DNA of 59,331 nt, filler included, from Basidioascus undulatus (taxonomy: Eukaryota): assembly GCA_000826855.1 (NCBI GenBank). It is 6 parts of 6 records of this genome, joined end to end, with 100 filler letters (N's around TTAATTAATTAA, not from the genome) between each part and the next. Parts side by side here need not be neighbours in the genome. Positions count along the whole stretch, not along the records: positions 9,976 to 19,811 come from JTLS01001206.1; positions 19,912 to 29,741 come from JTLS01001207.1; 4 more parts are not named here. One strand, 5' to 3'. Below, in pieces: positions 13,535 to 26,688 of this stretch. The notes below the pieces were generated by a model that was not told where the DNA came from, did not search any database, and worked only from the letters and a program-made list of their open reading frames with translations. Made by a program: the position numbers and the translations under genes. Numbering within the stretch: position 1 is the first letter of the stretch; every line of letters begins with the position of its first letter.

Positions 13535-14926
13535 TGCTACGGGGTATGCAGGGCTAAGAGGTATGGAGATGATTGTCAGGGATGAGAGTGGAGGAAGGGA
13601 AGGAAAGAAAGAAGGCGCGAGCGCTGCGAAGTTTGCCGGCTGTGATCGGCCCAGTTGGGAGTTGCTCAGCGAGAACGTCATGAAGCTGAGATAACGAGAG
13701 AATCTGAAGCCTGCAACCAATACTATCGAGCACCAAGGACTTCATGAGGATGTTGTTCTTTTCTTTCACTGGTTAAACTGAAGATATATATGGAGCAAGA
13801 GAGAGAGACTCAGCAGGTCCAAGTCTGCGACCAATGCGAGAAGCTGACTGAGGAAAGGCTCACTTTTCACTGTGACTTTCGGTCACACTGACAAGCAGCA
13901 TGAAGGTCTCATATACGTATAACTCTCAGTAAAAATTCCCATGAAGTCGGATCCCAGCAAAAGATGGCGCCGAAGATGGTGTCCATAGGAAGAGCGTGCG
14001 CTCCATGACAGTCCGTTGCCTCGCTCGTCCGAACCCGTCTTCTGTTCTTCGGGATACCGTCCCCAACTGCCCCCAATAGCTGGTCCCCTCATACAACTCA
14101 CCCACTCGTTTGGTCTGGAGGATGGGATCTGTGAAGCTAAGTTGACCGACATGGTAGGTTGCACCCAGGTGCGCCGTGCTAAGGAGCACAACGCCAGCAT
14201 CCGGCTGCGATCTGTATATCGTGGAGCCAGAGTCCTGAGCTGTACCAAGACCCTCGAAAAAGCGGCCGGTGTACTGGGCTGCTCAGAAGTCGAATGCCAG
14301 CGGGGTGGAAGCACCAAGCGGTCGTCTAGCCTGCGTGCACGAGGCCCCTGTCCAGCTTCAAGCTGATCGCTGAAATTCTTGACGATGCAAAGTACGGGCA
14401 TCGTGCAAGTTATTTTCTTCAAGTGACAACTTTCCACTTCTTCTGACCGACAACCTCGATGGAGAGGACAGTCTTATAATTCCGTCGGCGCCACTGCATG
14501 AGCCTGCGCAACGGCTCGATGCCTCATGGCGCGATTAAGACTGGCTGCACTCACTGATAACACGGACCTTCCAAAAGTCTCTCCAAACGCCCTCGGCACT
14601 AACGTAGTCGCTTTCATTGCCGCGCCCCGACTTCCCGGGTAGTAATCTGGCTTTCATGCGGGCTGCTCCGGCGCTCGACCGTCCATCTCGACGCTCTGCC
14701 ATTAGCGAAGATCGTGAAACCGTCGCGGCTCTCAACGTTCTCTCCGACCCCTGCAGGATAGCTCGAATCTGTGAATCCGTAGGGCTTAAAGGACGTTCTC
14801 TGGGATACAGCGCGCTCCCTTTCCCTATTTCACACTATCACTCCGCTCACGACTGACGACCCGCGACAATTCCATCAACGACTTCTAACGACTTTCTCGA
14901 TACCTAAAGACCTATTTATCCTCACT

Positions 14927-17583
14927 ATGCACGTTCCAACCCTCCTCATCGCTACGCTATTCACCGACCTGCAGCATTTGCCGCTCCCGTTCCACCTGCT
15001 CCGCCACTCCGAACAAGGGCGCAACTGCAGAGCCAACGCATCACGGAGTTTCCCCCTCCCGAATACAACCTTCCTGCCCGCCCATCCGGATCGGGAAATG
15101 GACCGCCGGTTCCCCCTCCTCGGGTCTTGTCAAGGTCTCGAGCTACTACCCGTATGTGTGCCGACGGTTGCCCCTTTTCTCCAGCGGATACTGACAAAAA
15201 TGACTTGATATTTCGTAGGGACTGGATGGCTGACACTCAACCTCCGGAAACATTGCCTTGGTGGGGACTGGACGGTAAGCCCCAAAAATTTTGGGCAGTA
15301 CACTTATCATCTTGTGCTTATCCGCCCCTGTTTTCATCCAGCTGTGAGGCTGGCTTTCGCCATCCCCGACCAAAGCGGCCATTTGAACTTCAACTCCGAT
15401 GTCCTTCGAAGTGCGTGTCACGTTCTTCCCGTGTCAAGCTCGTACCAGAATTGAGCTGCATTACTTTGTAGGACTGGTTAATGCTGCTCCCGCTGAAAAG
15501 GAAGTATGGCTCAGCGTCGGGGGATGGGGAGGCTCAACGTGCCCATTTTTTCTTACCGATACAGTTTAGGAAGGTCTCTGAAGTGTTCTTGTGTCAACTT
15601 GCAGATATTTCTCCGACATATGTTCAACCAACGAAGGAAGGCAGGCCATCACGAGCGAGCTTGCCCAGATTCACCGCGACTACGGCGTTGCGGGCTTTGA
15701 CCTGTACGCCGCCACCACCCCATCCTTACATTTCGTTCAACAGAAGCTGACTGCATATCGTTTGAATCAGTGACTGGGAATGTCAGTTTTTCTGATACTC
15801 CCAGAATGGCAAGATGTCCCTGACCACTGGTTGTCGCAGACCCCGGGCTCCCCGGTGCCGGTAACGCGTACCGTCCAGAAGACACAGCCAACTTCCTGTT
15901 GCTGCTGCAGATGATCAAGGCGCAAATTCCCAACGTTAAGCTTTCTTCCGCTACACAACTCTGGCCATGTGAGTTCCTCTTCTCTCGAAGCACCATTCTC
16001 TCGCACCTACTCAACCGACCGGCACAGGGGTCGACGCCACCAGCGTTCCGCTAGCCAGTGTCTCCGACTTCGCACAAGTTCTCGACCATGTCTTTATCAT
16101 GGCGTGAGTCCCTTCGGTAAGACATCATTGTCGTCGGACACAGCTGAGAGCGGACAAACAGATACGACGTCAACGGCGTCTCCGACAACCCCGGCCCGAA
16201 CGCTCCCCTCAGCAACGGCTGCGGTCAGGCTGGCAACCCAACTGCAAACGGTGAAAGCTCCATCGAGACCTTGGCCAATGAAGGCATGCCAAGGTCGAAG
16301 ATTTATCTTGGAGTTCCCTTCTATGGGTACGTCCGTACACCTCACACTGAGCACTGCAAAAGTATCTGATGCACTCCACCGATGTGCGTGACACAGTGGT
16401 AAGCACGTAAATCTTGCGTTTAGAAGGAAAGGCTTTTTTTCTGACAGCAACCCCGCAAAAGTTCTGTCCTGGACTGGTGCTACGACGTTGAATTCTCGGC
16501 AAGACGCAGTAACCATTCCTGGGGGCTCCGGCCAGATTGTAAGTGTTCACGCAGGTCGAATGGTGCATTGCTGACGAGATTTTACTTCAGGATTTCCGCG
16601 TTGTTGTGGAGTCTGGTGCACTTGTGAAAGGCTCGGATGGGCGATACGGTCCCGGTCCGGGCTGGACGCGCAACTGGGATTCCTGCAGCTCCACGGTGAG
16701 CTGTGCTCTGTCAATTGAAAGACGACATCTAAACTCACAAAAATTCTTCCAGCCATACATGTACACCAGATCCAGCTTCTTTGCCTACGACGACACCGAC
16801 AGCATCTGTGAGTCTGCAATGCAATGCTCGGATTTCAACTGGCTTGCCGCTGAAACTACCACTGCCCGCTTGCAGACGCTAAGGCGCAGCTCGCTCTCGT
16901 CCACGGTATTGGAGGAATCGGGAGCTGGACGGTCACGGGCGACACCGCCGACTGGGACCTTCTCGCCGCGATGCGGGCTGGCCTCAGGCTCGACTCGCAG
17001 GCTCCATCGAGAAGCAGCACTCCCGCACCCTTGTCGACCTCGTCGTCCTGCACTGCCTCGGTTCTATCTCTTACGAGCTCGACCTCTCCGGCTCTCTCGA
17101 GCCCGAATGTCCCTATTATCGCGTCGACCACACGTCCTGCGACCTCGACTACCGCCGCCATCCCTACCCCTGCCCCGACCGCGTCCGCATCCCCGTCTCC
17201 GACTTCCTCAAGTTCCTCTCCTACGACCTCGACATCCGTGCCGACCTCGCCCTCAACCACCTCTACCTCTTCATCGGTCCCATCTTCCAGCACATCGACC
17301 TCCGTCCCGTCTTCGACCTCCGCCCCTTCCTCCACCCCATCTCAACCACCTCCAAACGACTGCCTGTCAGCCTGGAAGGGTGCGTGCCCCCTCACTCAGC
17401 ATCCCGTCTTACCAGTACTAATACTGGCACTGCTTCGCGCACACAGCCTGCAACAACGCAGCGTTGAGTAGATATGCACCCTACACCTGTGGATCGGACT
17501 ACCTCTCATGCCTCTTGGGCTCGCCACGAACTCGGCGCCACCCTCAGCGCGCTGTCCGTGGACTCGCCAGCCCCTCTACTTGA
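14927..17583 (+). CDS. GH18 chitinase with Ser/Thr-rich linker and small Cys-containing C-terminus; first exon out of frame
   Basis: Spliced motifs SYYPDW, LAFAIP, WLSVGGWGGS, GFDL|DWE|YPG (DxDxE), YDV..PGPNAPL, KIYLGVPFYG, WDSCSSTPY, AYDD and GIGSW, followed by an S/T/P linker. Confidence 0.85.
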
Positions 17584-18010
17584 GCTTCTCCGTTTCTGCT
17601 TCCCTTTGTACCATTTCTTTGTTTTTAGAGTTTTCCATTTGTATTGTTGGTCTCCGCATAATTTCTTTGCCCATGCTGCGTGTACACGTGCGTTACGACG
17701 AAAGCCGGTCCCTGCACCTGCGCTCAACATGCGCTCAACATCTGAAGGTTCAGATACGCAAAACCTGAGCATGGGCGATAAGGCGAAGGAGTTTACGAGA
17801 AGCGTACCCGTCGTGACTGCCTGCCTAACTTTGCTGTTGCCCTTTCTGCCCTCAGAGGCTTTCAAAAAGCAAGCAGAACAGCCCAGCATCCAGAACGGCA
17901 CTATCTGCACAACAAATGGATGCAGATCATGTCCGAATACATACATGCTCCAGCCTGCCAAAAGGTGCGCCGACCACCTGCATCGACGGCACTCGACGTG
18001 CGCGCGCCAA

Positions 18011-19766
18011 TTACATCGGCCGGTCCTTGTGAAGCTGTAGAACCGCGAACGACCGTCAGCCGCACTCCTCAACCCACCGTGCCCAAGCCAGACGCACCTG
18101 CTCGACAATGAGCTTCTTGTCTGTTGGTGCCCATCGCGATGGTCAGCAACCCTCAACTGTGAAGATAAAAGAACCGAGGGGGGGGGACGCACAGGCTCCG
18201 ACGTCGCCGTAGAATTTGTTGACCGCTGGCGGGAAGACATCGGTTGTCAGTACACGATGAAGCGGGAAGAGCAGTGGGATGAGAAAACGAAGGGACATAC
18301 TGCCGCTGCAGAAAGGGAGACGGGAGGACAGGGCTGTCAGCGACGAAGGGGAAATGAGGACTCGGCCAGGAAGGACGAACTTGGCGCAGACCCAGAGCTG
18401 CGGGGTGGTAGCAACGTTATGTCAGCGCCATGTTCCCAAAGACGTGAAACCCCAACAGCAACCCACCTCGTTCGCGACGTTCGTGATGAACCTGTCAACC
18501 CGCACAACAAACAATCAGCCTCGGCATCCGGAACTGCCACTTCGGGGGGAGGGAACGTACCGCTCGTCGTGGGAGATGATGATGCAACCGCCGTTCCAGA
18601 CCTTGAGCGCCTCCATGAGCGCGTCGAGACCCTCCATGTCCAAGTGGTTGGTCGGCTACCCAGTCCCCACAACTCCCAATTAGCGCTTGTCCTGTCTTCT
18701 CCTCCGGGTGCCATCCTCGAAACCGACATACCTCGCTGTAGTGGTGCGAGAGACGCGAGGATGTCAGAATAGTTCGACGGTGAGACGGGGAGAGAAGGGA
18801 TGCACTCCAAAAGCAGGATGTGAGGCTTCTGCAGCGACAGCATCGCGAAAGCGAGACGCGACTTCTGACCACCGGAAAGCGTGCCGATCGTCTGCAAGCT
18901 ATTGACCTCCTCACTCCTCAGCCACTGCTCTCTCTCCCCATATCCACCTGCTGCGCATCAGACGAACCCAGTCTTGCCCGTAAGCCTGCACGCCCGGAAA
19001 GTCAGCCACACGCAAGAGGATGGGATAGGAGGGCGACGACGCACCCGAAGTTGCCGAGGAACGCGCGGTACTGCTCCGCCGTCCAGCCGGGGTGCTTGGA
19101 CTGCATGAACGCGATGCAGTTCATGGTGACTGCACCCCCGCATCCCCGCACTCTCATCCATCAGCATCCTCTCGGTCATCGCGCCGCTGGAGCAAGAGCA
19201 ACGCACCATCGAGCTGGTCGACGTCTGGAAATCGTTTGAGGGAGGGTCAGTCGAAGCAGAGGCGGATGAGGGGACGGGGGGACGCACGGTGCTGCGTGAA
19301 GTACGCGATGCGCAGCCGCCCGTTCCGGTTCTGCTGGCCCTTCAGCGGGGGCACTTGGCCCGTGAGGAGCTTGAGGCTATTATCGGCGCTTTCGTCAGTT
19401 CCAGTCTTCCCCGGCACAGCATTCTCCCTGAACCAGCACTCACAGCGTCGATTTACCCGCCTACCCCTCCCCTGATCAGCCTTCCCTCTGCAAAAGAGAA
19501 CCCCAAAGAAAGCACCCACCCCGTTCGGCCCGATAATCGCAATCCTCGAGTCATTGCTAACATCGATATTCACGCCCTTGAGCAGTATCTTATCCGGCGA
19601 GTACCCAAACTCGACGTTGTCGAGCTGCAAGAGCGGGGGCGAGATCTTCTCGGCCTCGGGGAACTTGAACGATTCGACGTCCTCCGACTCGGGCGGGGTG
19701 AGCTCCGGCAGCTTCTCAAGGATCTTGAGCTTAGATTGGGCTTGCGCGGCGCGGTTCGCGTTGTAC
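18011..19766 (-). CDS. GCN20: ABC-F family ATPase Gcn20/ABCF3, C-terminal half (5' partial)
   Basis: YNANRAAQAQSKLKILEKLP, IAIIGPNG (start of Walker A), LSGGQKSRLAFA, PTNHLDMEGLDAL and IISHDE. Ends YKKLIVEQLHKDRPM*. Confidence 0.88.
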
Positions 19767-19811
19767 CTTCAGGGGAGGGGGTTAGGGAAGGGGGTGTGAG
19801 GGGAAGGGAGG

Positions 19812-19911
19812 NNNNNNNNNNNNNNNNNNNNNNNNNNNNNNNNNNNNNNNNNNNNTTAATTAATTAANNNNNNNNNNNNNNNNNNNNNNNNNNNNNNNNN
19901 NNNNNNNNNNN
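19812..19911. other. artificial contig linker
   Basis: N44-TTAATTAATTAA-N44. Confidence 0.99.
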
Positions 19912-21115
19912 GGGTGTTAGTGTTACTCATGGGACGAGCGGAAGGGGCGCGAGCGTCAGCCATTCGGGCGCGAGGACTTTCGGGGGAGATGGGCAGGGGC
20001 GCGCGGTGCAGGATGAGCAGGGCGACGTGGGGATGGACGAGTCGTGATGAGGGGAGGGGAGGGGGAAGGTGTGTTGTGCTTGTTGTAGCTTGATATTGAC
20101 GAAACTACCCATTATTCTTGATGCTTGATGGGGTGGCGGCGGTGTGCATCGCACCGCATGTCAAGTTCGAAGCGCTCGACAACAGGGCGCGTCCTCTGAA
20201 GTGGTGTTAGTCGCGCTCTTTTTCTTTCTGCGCCGAAAGGGGAGCTGTTATGTTCTTTAGCAATCACGGCGACCGAAGAAAACGCGAAGGGTAGTGGCGA
20301 CGGTGAAGGCCGCGCCAAGGCTCCTTCCCCTCAACCTCACCTCGTCCACTTTTCGCCCGTTTCATTGAGCTCCTTCTACAGTAGTGCGTCTATGCATGGA
20401 TCGTTAGCTGAACTCATGGTTGGCCTTCAAGTGTTTACACGAGAGGACTGATCGAATTTGTGCGACGTTATCTTTCCGACAATCGCTGCTCATGTGCGAG
20501 CAGATGAATAGAGACGAGGCGCACAGTGATTCACAGTCGTGTCGACAGTGTGCATCACGGCGGATGAATCGGTCTTGGCTTTTCTACAGCCGTTGCTGAT
20601 ATAGCATTCTCTGAATTTTGGGGCAGTTCAAGGTATATTCAATAGCCAAAGCGTCTACCATGGACAACAAGTCGATATGACGGGCGAGGAGGAAGTAGAC
20701 GCGGGTTTCATGGACGCGCTTGCGGCCACATCGACTCTTGACCATTGCAGGGGGCCGCACCTTGTCTCCTGCCATCATCATTCGTTGCCTCCTCAAGGCC
20801 AACGTTTTACTCGAAATGACTGACGACTGCGCCTGCATCGGAGGCCGCATCGTGTCACGTCCTGCTATTTGTCTTGCTCAGGGCCAAGCCTCAGGGGTTC
20901 GCGTTTTTAGTGCGTCTTCCACGAGTTCCTCCTCGTCCGCCGCGGCCCTGGCAGCTGCCCCGTGACCTTCTCTGGTCGTCTCTCCTCTCGGCGATTCTTC
21001 GGGGTGCAGATGCGACGAGTAAAATTCAGCGTTTGGGACGCAGTATATAACGCTCGATCGAAGAGGCTTCTCACATCACGAAAGTCTTTCACCGTCTCTC
21101 GATCGCTTCGCCCTC

Positions 21116-24100
21116 ATGGCGCCCCTCACTTCGCTTGCTCTCGGAGCAACGATCGCTCTTGCGGTCACCGCGACCCCGATCTATCAAACTTGGAACGACC
21201 TGTCGCCCCGCGCCGAGGCGGGTCAGGCTGCGACGGCTTTCCAGGTCTACCACGGCGGCTACGACAACTTTTTCCATAGGGACAATGTCACTGCTGCGCA
21301 GGTGCTCTTTACCAGGTATGCTCTTTGAATGTAAGAGTCAAGAGCGGGTGCGTAGGACGTTGACATCTTTTACAGCCCGAACGACACCTCGAAGCTTCAA
21401 CGCTTCCTGGCGGCGTTTCCGGCTGGTAACAGCGGCGCGCTCATGTACTTCCTTCCTCAAGAGAAGAGCGTCGCAGCCGGTGCCGCCCCCCTCTCGGTCC
21501 AGCTTGTCGACGGCAAGCTAGAGCCTACCACAGCTCCTAACAACAACACCGGCGTCTCCGGCAATATGGTGCGTCACGCCTGCTGGTTTCTCGCACTCGA
21601 CTTGTACGCTGACATGACTCACAGTCCTTCAACGCCAACGCAACCGTCGGCGTTACGGTCCTAGGCTCCATTCGCACAGTCCGCGACTATGTTGAAGGCA
21701 AAGGAACCATGCACGAGAGTACGTCGATCACATTCTGCGGTCTACCATCGCAAGACTGACTTTGCTCCTGCGCAGTCTTCAACTATACCGTTACGACGCT
21801 GAACTCCTCCCACATCGAGCTGCACCGCACGTGGATCAACGGTACCCACTCCATGGATCTGACGCTCACCGCCTCTTCCGACCTCTCCTTCTCCGTCACG
21901 CCGTCCAACAACGGCTCTTTCACTCCGCCGAAGATCGACGTGGTCGTCCCCGAGGGGAAGACTGGCACGGCTCGCTGGACGGTGGTCTGCAACGAGACAA
22001 CGACCGAGGGTCTTGAGCCCCACCAGCTCTTCCTGACCGAGCCGCGGTCTGACAACCAGCCCGCGCTCGCGACCGCGCTGCAGGGCTTGGCGGATAGCAG
22101 GAACCCCAGGGCCAAGGAGGTCTCCTTCCTGGCGACGACCGAAACCTTCTTTGCTGGAGGCTGGCGATTCCTCACTTTAGGTCTCTTTTCCAGTTCGCTG
22201 CGATCGGATCCACTTACGCCTTCCCGTCCCGTTTTAACAGTACTTCGTGTGTTAACCAGCGAGATCTTCACCTGCTTTCGATACGCAATTCGCTGATGCT
22301 GTCCTTTCTGTTTATCTGCAGGGCCGTGATCAACTGATCACTCTGCGCCTTCTGATGCCGCTCCTCACGTCCGAGGCCATCGAGGCTTCCATCGGCTCTG
22401 TTATCCAACGTACCAACACCACCGGCGTAATCTTCTTGTCCTCTTGCAGCGATGGCAGTTGAAAGTGTGGCTGATTTGCCTTCCTATTTCCTCAGGCGCT
22501 CGCTCACGAGGAGACCATCGGCGAATACGCGTCTTTCGTCAACATTAACGAAGGTCACCCGGAGCTCGGCGCTACCCCCAATTTCGACTACAAGATGGGT
22601 ACGCCTCAAATCCCTTCCACCAGTGCATCCGCAGCTGACGCCATTCGCCTTTCACAGTTGACACCGATTTCTTGCTTCTCCCGGTTCTCTCTCACTAGTA
22701 GGACTCCTGTCACACTGCGTTGGACGAAGTCTCGCTAATGCTGCGTTACAGCTTCCTCCAGCTCCCGCAAGGCCAGGACCGTGCATCCGACTTCTTTGCT
22801 CGCAACTCCACCCTGCACAACGGGACTTTCGCCGAGCTCGTTCAGCTGAACATCCAGCGCGTGCTTGACCTCAGCGAACCTTTCGTAAGGAGCCGATGTC
22901 GCGTACTGTTTGATCCGCGCCCTAACATCTCTCTGCCTCTAGTCGAAAGAGCCTGTTTACCAGAACTTCATCCGCATTCGTCCCGACGTTCCCGTGGGCA
23001 ACTGGCGCGACAGTAACGACGGTCTTGGGTGCGTAGCTCCAGGACTTTGCTTCATAGCTCGCTTTCTGCTCCACGCTAACGCTCAAATGTTATGTTTCCA
23101 GGTGGGGAGTGTACCCCTACGACGTTCAGGTGCGCCTTGGAGAGCCGCAGGTAACCATGCTGACCCGAAGTTACTGACTCAAGCGAAACTTTCTCAGGCT
23201 TCACTCGTCCCGTCCTCGCTCCGCGCCATAGAGTCTCTCTCCAAGGCCGGAATCGTCAACAAGAAGTACGCCAAGCAGGCTAGCGCGCAGGCCGCGGCGT
23301 GGGAGACGCACGCTGCTCGTCTCTTTGAGGTCACCGTTCCGATCCAAGAAATCGAGTCCCGCGTCCAGGCGTACACGCAGCACCTAAACCTGTCGCAGTC
23401 GCTCCTCTACGGCGAGGGCAGCCTGAACGACACCGCGGTCGAGCCGCTGGGGCCCAAGACGTTCGACACCAAGACGTTCTATGCTCTGGCTTTGCGGGAG
23501 GACGGCTCAACGATCGAGGTGCGTTTCTCCGCTTGTATGTCCTCAAAACTAAACTAATCGTCCTCGCTCTGTAGATCCTTCACTCTGACGTTGGTTTCAA
23601 CCTACTCTACAACGACAACATCAGCGAGGACATGCTCTGGCGCATCATCGAGGCCCTTGCCCCTTACCCTCGCGGTCTTCTGACGTTCGTTCGCTGTGTG
23701 TTCCAATTTTTCCCCAAGCGCTGATCTGGATGTCGTGCTACTTTCAGGAATGTCGGCATGGTCGTCGCAAACCCTGCGATGGACACGAACACGACCAACT
23801 ACGATGTCCGTCCCGCGTTCCATCACACTCCGAGCATTCCTCCAGTTAACTCAAGAGACGCTTTCTACAGACGCTCAACCGCGGCGCATATCACGGCGTA
23901 CGAGCAGCACCTCGCCCCCTCGACCGACTACAGCTGACGTTCTGACCATCTCCCGCTTACAGTCAGTCACCTGGTCGTGGACGCAAGCTCTCATGGCCGC
24001 CGGTCTGGCGCGTCAGATCGGCTTCTGCGATCCGACTGCGCCGCAGGTCGACGTGAACGTGGCAAAGTCGAATCCGGCCTGGTGCAAGGATGATGAGCTC

Positions 24101-24462
24101 GTTTCGGCGCTCAAGCGTGCTCAGACGTTGCTGTGGTCCGCCATCAACGGCGCGAAGGAGGGTGCGTCGCTCCCCAGTTTATTTTGAACCTCCGTCCCGT
24201 TTTTGACAGTCCTTTCCCTTGCCTCGCGCCTCTTGCAGAGCGGTTCGTCGAGGTCTTCTCGTGGGACTTTGACGCCAACGCTGGCCGTTTCTCGCCCACC
24301 GATCTCGCACGCTTCTCGCCGGACGGAACTGAGTCTGACGCCATCCAGCTTGTGAATCTTGTCGCATCCCGGTTGTGGCTGTGATACCTTCGCTGACGAT
24401 GATCTTGCACTGCACAGTGGAGTTACGGCTTCCTTGCTCTCGCCGATCCGACCGCTGCATAG
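21116..24462 (+). CDS. secreted six-hairpin glycosidase-like protein (often annotated glycogen-debranching-enzyme-like)
   Basis: Signal peptide MAPLTSLALGATIALAVTA. Motifs AAFPAGNSG, FAGGWRFLT|YF|GRD, HEETIGEYA, DYKMVDTDFLLLP, VGNWRDSNDGLG, WSWTQALMAAGL and ESDAIQL|WS. Confidence 0.75.
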
Positions 24463-24747
24463 TGAACATACAGACAGACTCTTAGAGGACATGGATGAAT
24501 GATTCTGCTTGTGTTGTCATTGTTAATTCTATTTGGCTGCGGCAACGAAAGTTCGAAATACAGGGAAGGCCAAGAAGTAAAGCAAGTGGCGGGGGGTATC
24601 CTTTCCGCGATCCGCCAAGCCGAACCGAAAAAGATGAACAGAACACGGAGGTAGAAAGTTCGTTGCGGCGCTGAAAGGGAAGGAGAAAAATAAAAGATCC
24701 GCTCGAGCAACGAGATAACATGCATGGACCAAGGGCGTGTAGGAAGA

Positions 24748-26688
24748 TTATGCCAGCGGGACCTGCTTGTACGAGCGGCGGAACATGCCGTCGATGTGCT
24801 CGAGGTAGTAGGCGCCCGGCCAGACGTTCTTGGGCTCGCCCTTCGGAGAGTAGTCCTTCGAGTTGTGGTTCTCCTCGCGCAGCTGAACGCCGGGTTGAGA
24901 GCTTGTCAGGAAAGAGGTGCGATAAGGAGAATGGAAGGGAACGCAAGCCGTACCTTCAGAGCGGTGACGTAGTGGTCGACCGGGACGACGTCCATCGACG
25001 CCAGGCGCTCCTTCAGGTTGAGGTTCTTTGCGAGGCCGTCGACCGGGCCAACAACGCGGAGGCTGAAGAAGGAGGCGGCGAAGCCTGAGCCGTAGGAGAA
25101 GCAGCCGAGCTTCTTGCCTTGCTGTTGGCCGAAAGCGTCACACGCTGGTCAGCAGCGACCTCCAGTCAGCTTTGTCGGTGATGACGCACCAAGTCCGCAG
25201 AGGAAACGTTGGAGAGGAGGGAAGCGAGACCGCCGTAGAGGGACGCGGTGTACATGTTACCGATGCGCTTGACGACGTCGGCGGTGGGCTCGACCTGGCG
25301 CATGTAGCCCTCCTTCGCGAGCGCGACGAAGGTCTTCTCGATCGCCTTGTCGGTGTAGGTCTTGGTGCGGGGGAGGGAGGCGATGGACTGGTCGACGGAC
25401 GCGAAGCGCTCGGCGGAGGGGTTGGAGAGGAAGTCGTTGTAGAGCTATCGGGAGAGAACACGCCGACCTGACGTCAGTTTCATTTTGACCTGAAACGCGA
25501 GGGGTGGGAGAAGATCTAGATGACGCACGAGACGAGCGTGGCCCTTCTGGACGAGCTTGCCGTAGGGAGAGTGGAAGAGGATGTAGTCGAAAGAGTCGGA
25601 GGTCGTCGCCGCCTTCGGGTCAGCGTGGTGGCCGTTCGAAGTGCCGTTCACCGCGCGCTTCGCGACCTTCTCGCGGTAGCGGTCGTACACCGCGTCAACC
25701 GCGCCGAGGTAGCACTTGATCGTCAGAGGGCCGTCGACCTCGGGACTGCAAAAGGACCGCGTTCAATTCGTGCACCGCAAGGAGCCTGAACAGGAAGACG
25801 TACTACTCGGAAGACAGGTCAGGCTTGAAGAAGTCGTAAGCGTTCTCCATGTGAGTGCCACGGATCGCTGTGCAATGCAATTGTGACAAATGTCAGTCTA
25901 CTGCACCTTTGGAAAGGCTGCAATACGCCCTGCCATGGCGAAGCAACCCAGACCACCTGTTTTCCCAAGAAGATCAAGCGACTCACGGTCAATGACAATC
26001 GGCGCGTCAGGGCCGATCCACAGAGCAATAGCACCAGCACCACCGACGGGGCGCGCACCACCCTCAGCGTAGATGGCGATGTCGGCGGCGACGACGATCG
26101 CGTCCCGGCCGTCCCAGGAGGAAGACTCGATCCAGTTCACGGCGTTGAAAAGCGCGGCAGTGCCACCGTAGCAGGCGTTCTTGGAGTCGATGCCCTCGAT
26201 GTCGTGGTTGCCCGAGGCCGCAAAGAGGTCCATCAGCGTCGTCTTGACGGACTTGGACTTGTCGATGATCGTCTCGGTTCCGACGTCAAGACGGCCGATC
26301 GACTTGGGGTCGATGTTGTACTTCTCGAGCAGGGAGGAGGTCACTGTGATGGCAAACGATAATGGGAGCGCGTAAGCTACCCGGGGGCTTTTCCTTCAAC
26401 AGCCAAGCAAAAGACGCACCAGAGAGAGCGAAGGAGTTGATGTCTTCCCGGTCGTCGGTGAAGGCCATGAACTTCTGGCCGAAGCCGATGGTGTACTTGC
26501 CAGTGGGCGCGCCATCAAAGACCTCGAGGTCCTCTTGGGAGATGCACTGTGGTCACCGCCAAAATCTCCCATCTCAGCACACCTCGCCATCTCGCGGTCT
26601 CGAGAAAGGAAGACGGTCGTACGCGCTTGGGGACGTGAATCTGGATACCCTTGATACCGACGTTCTGGGGGCGGGAGGAGGAGGCCAT
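24748..26688 (-). CDS. ERG13: hydroxymethylglutaryl-CoA synthase
   Basis: [38 protein letters not shown], catalytic [34 protein letters not shown] and GNMYTASLY. Confidence 0.97.

Noticed and set aside
13883..14437. 184-aa ORF between the hydrolase and chitinase genes
   Set aside because: No recognisable motif or coding bias, so I cannot support it as a gene.
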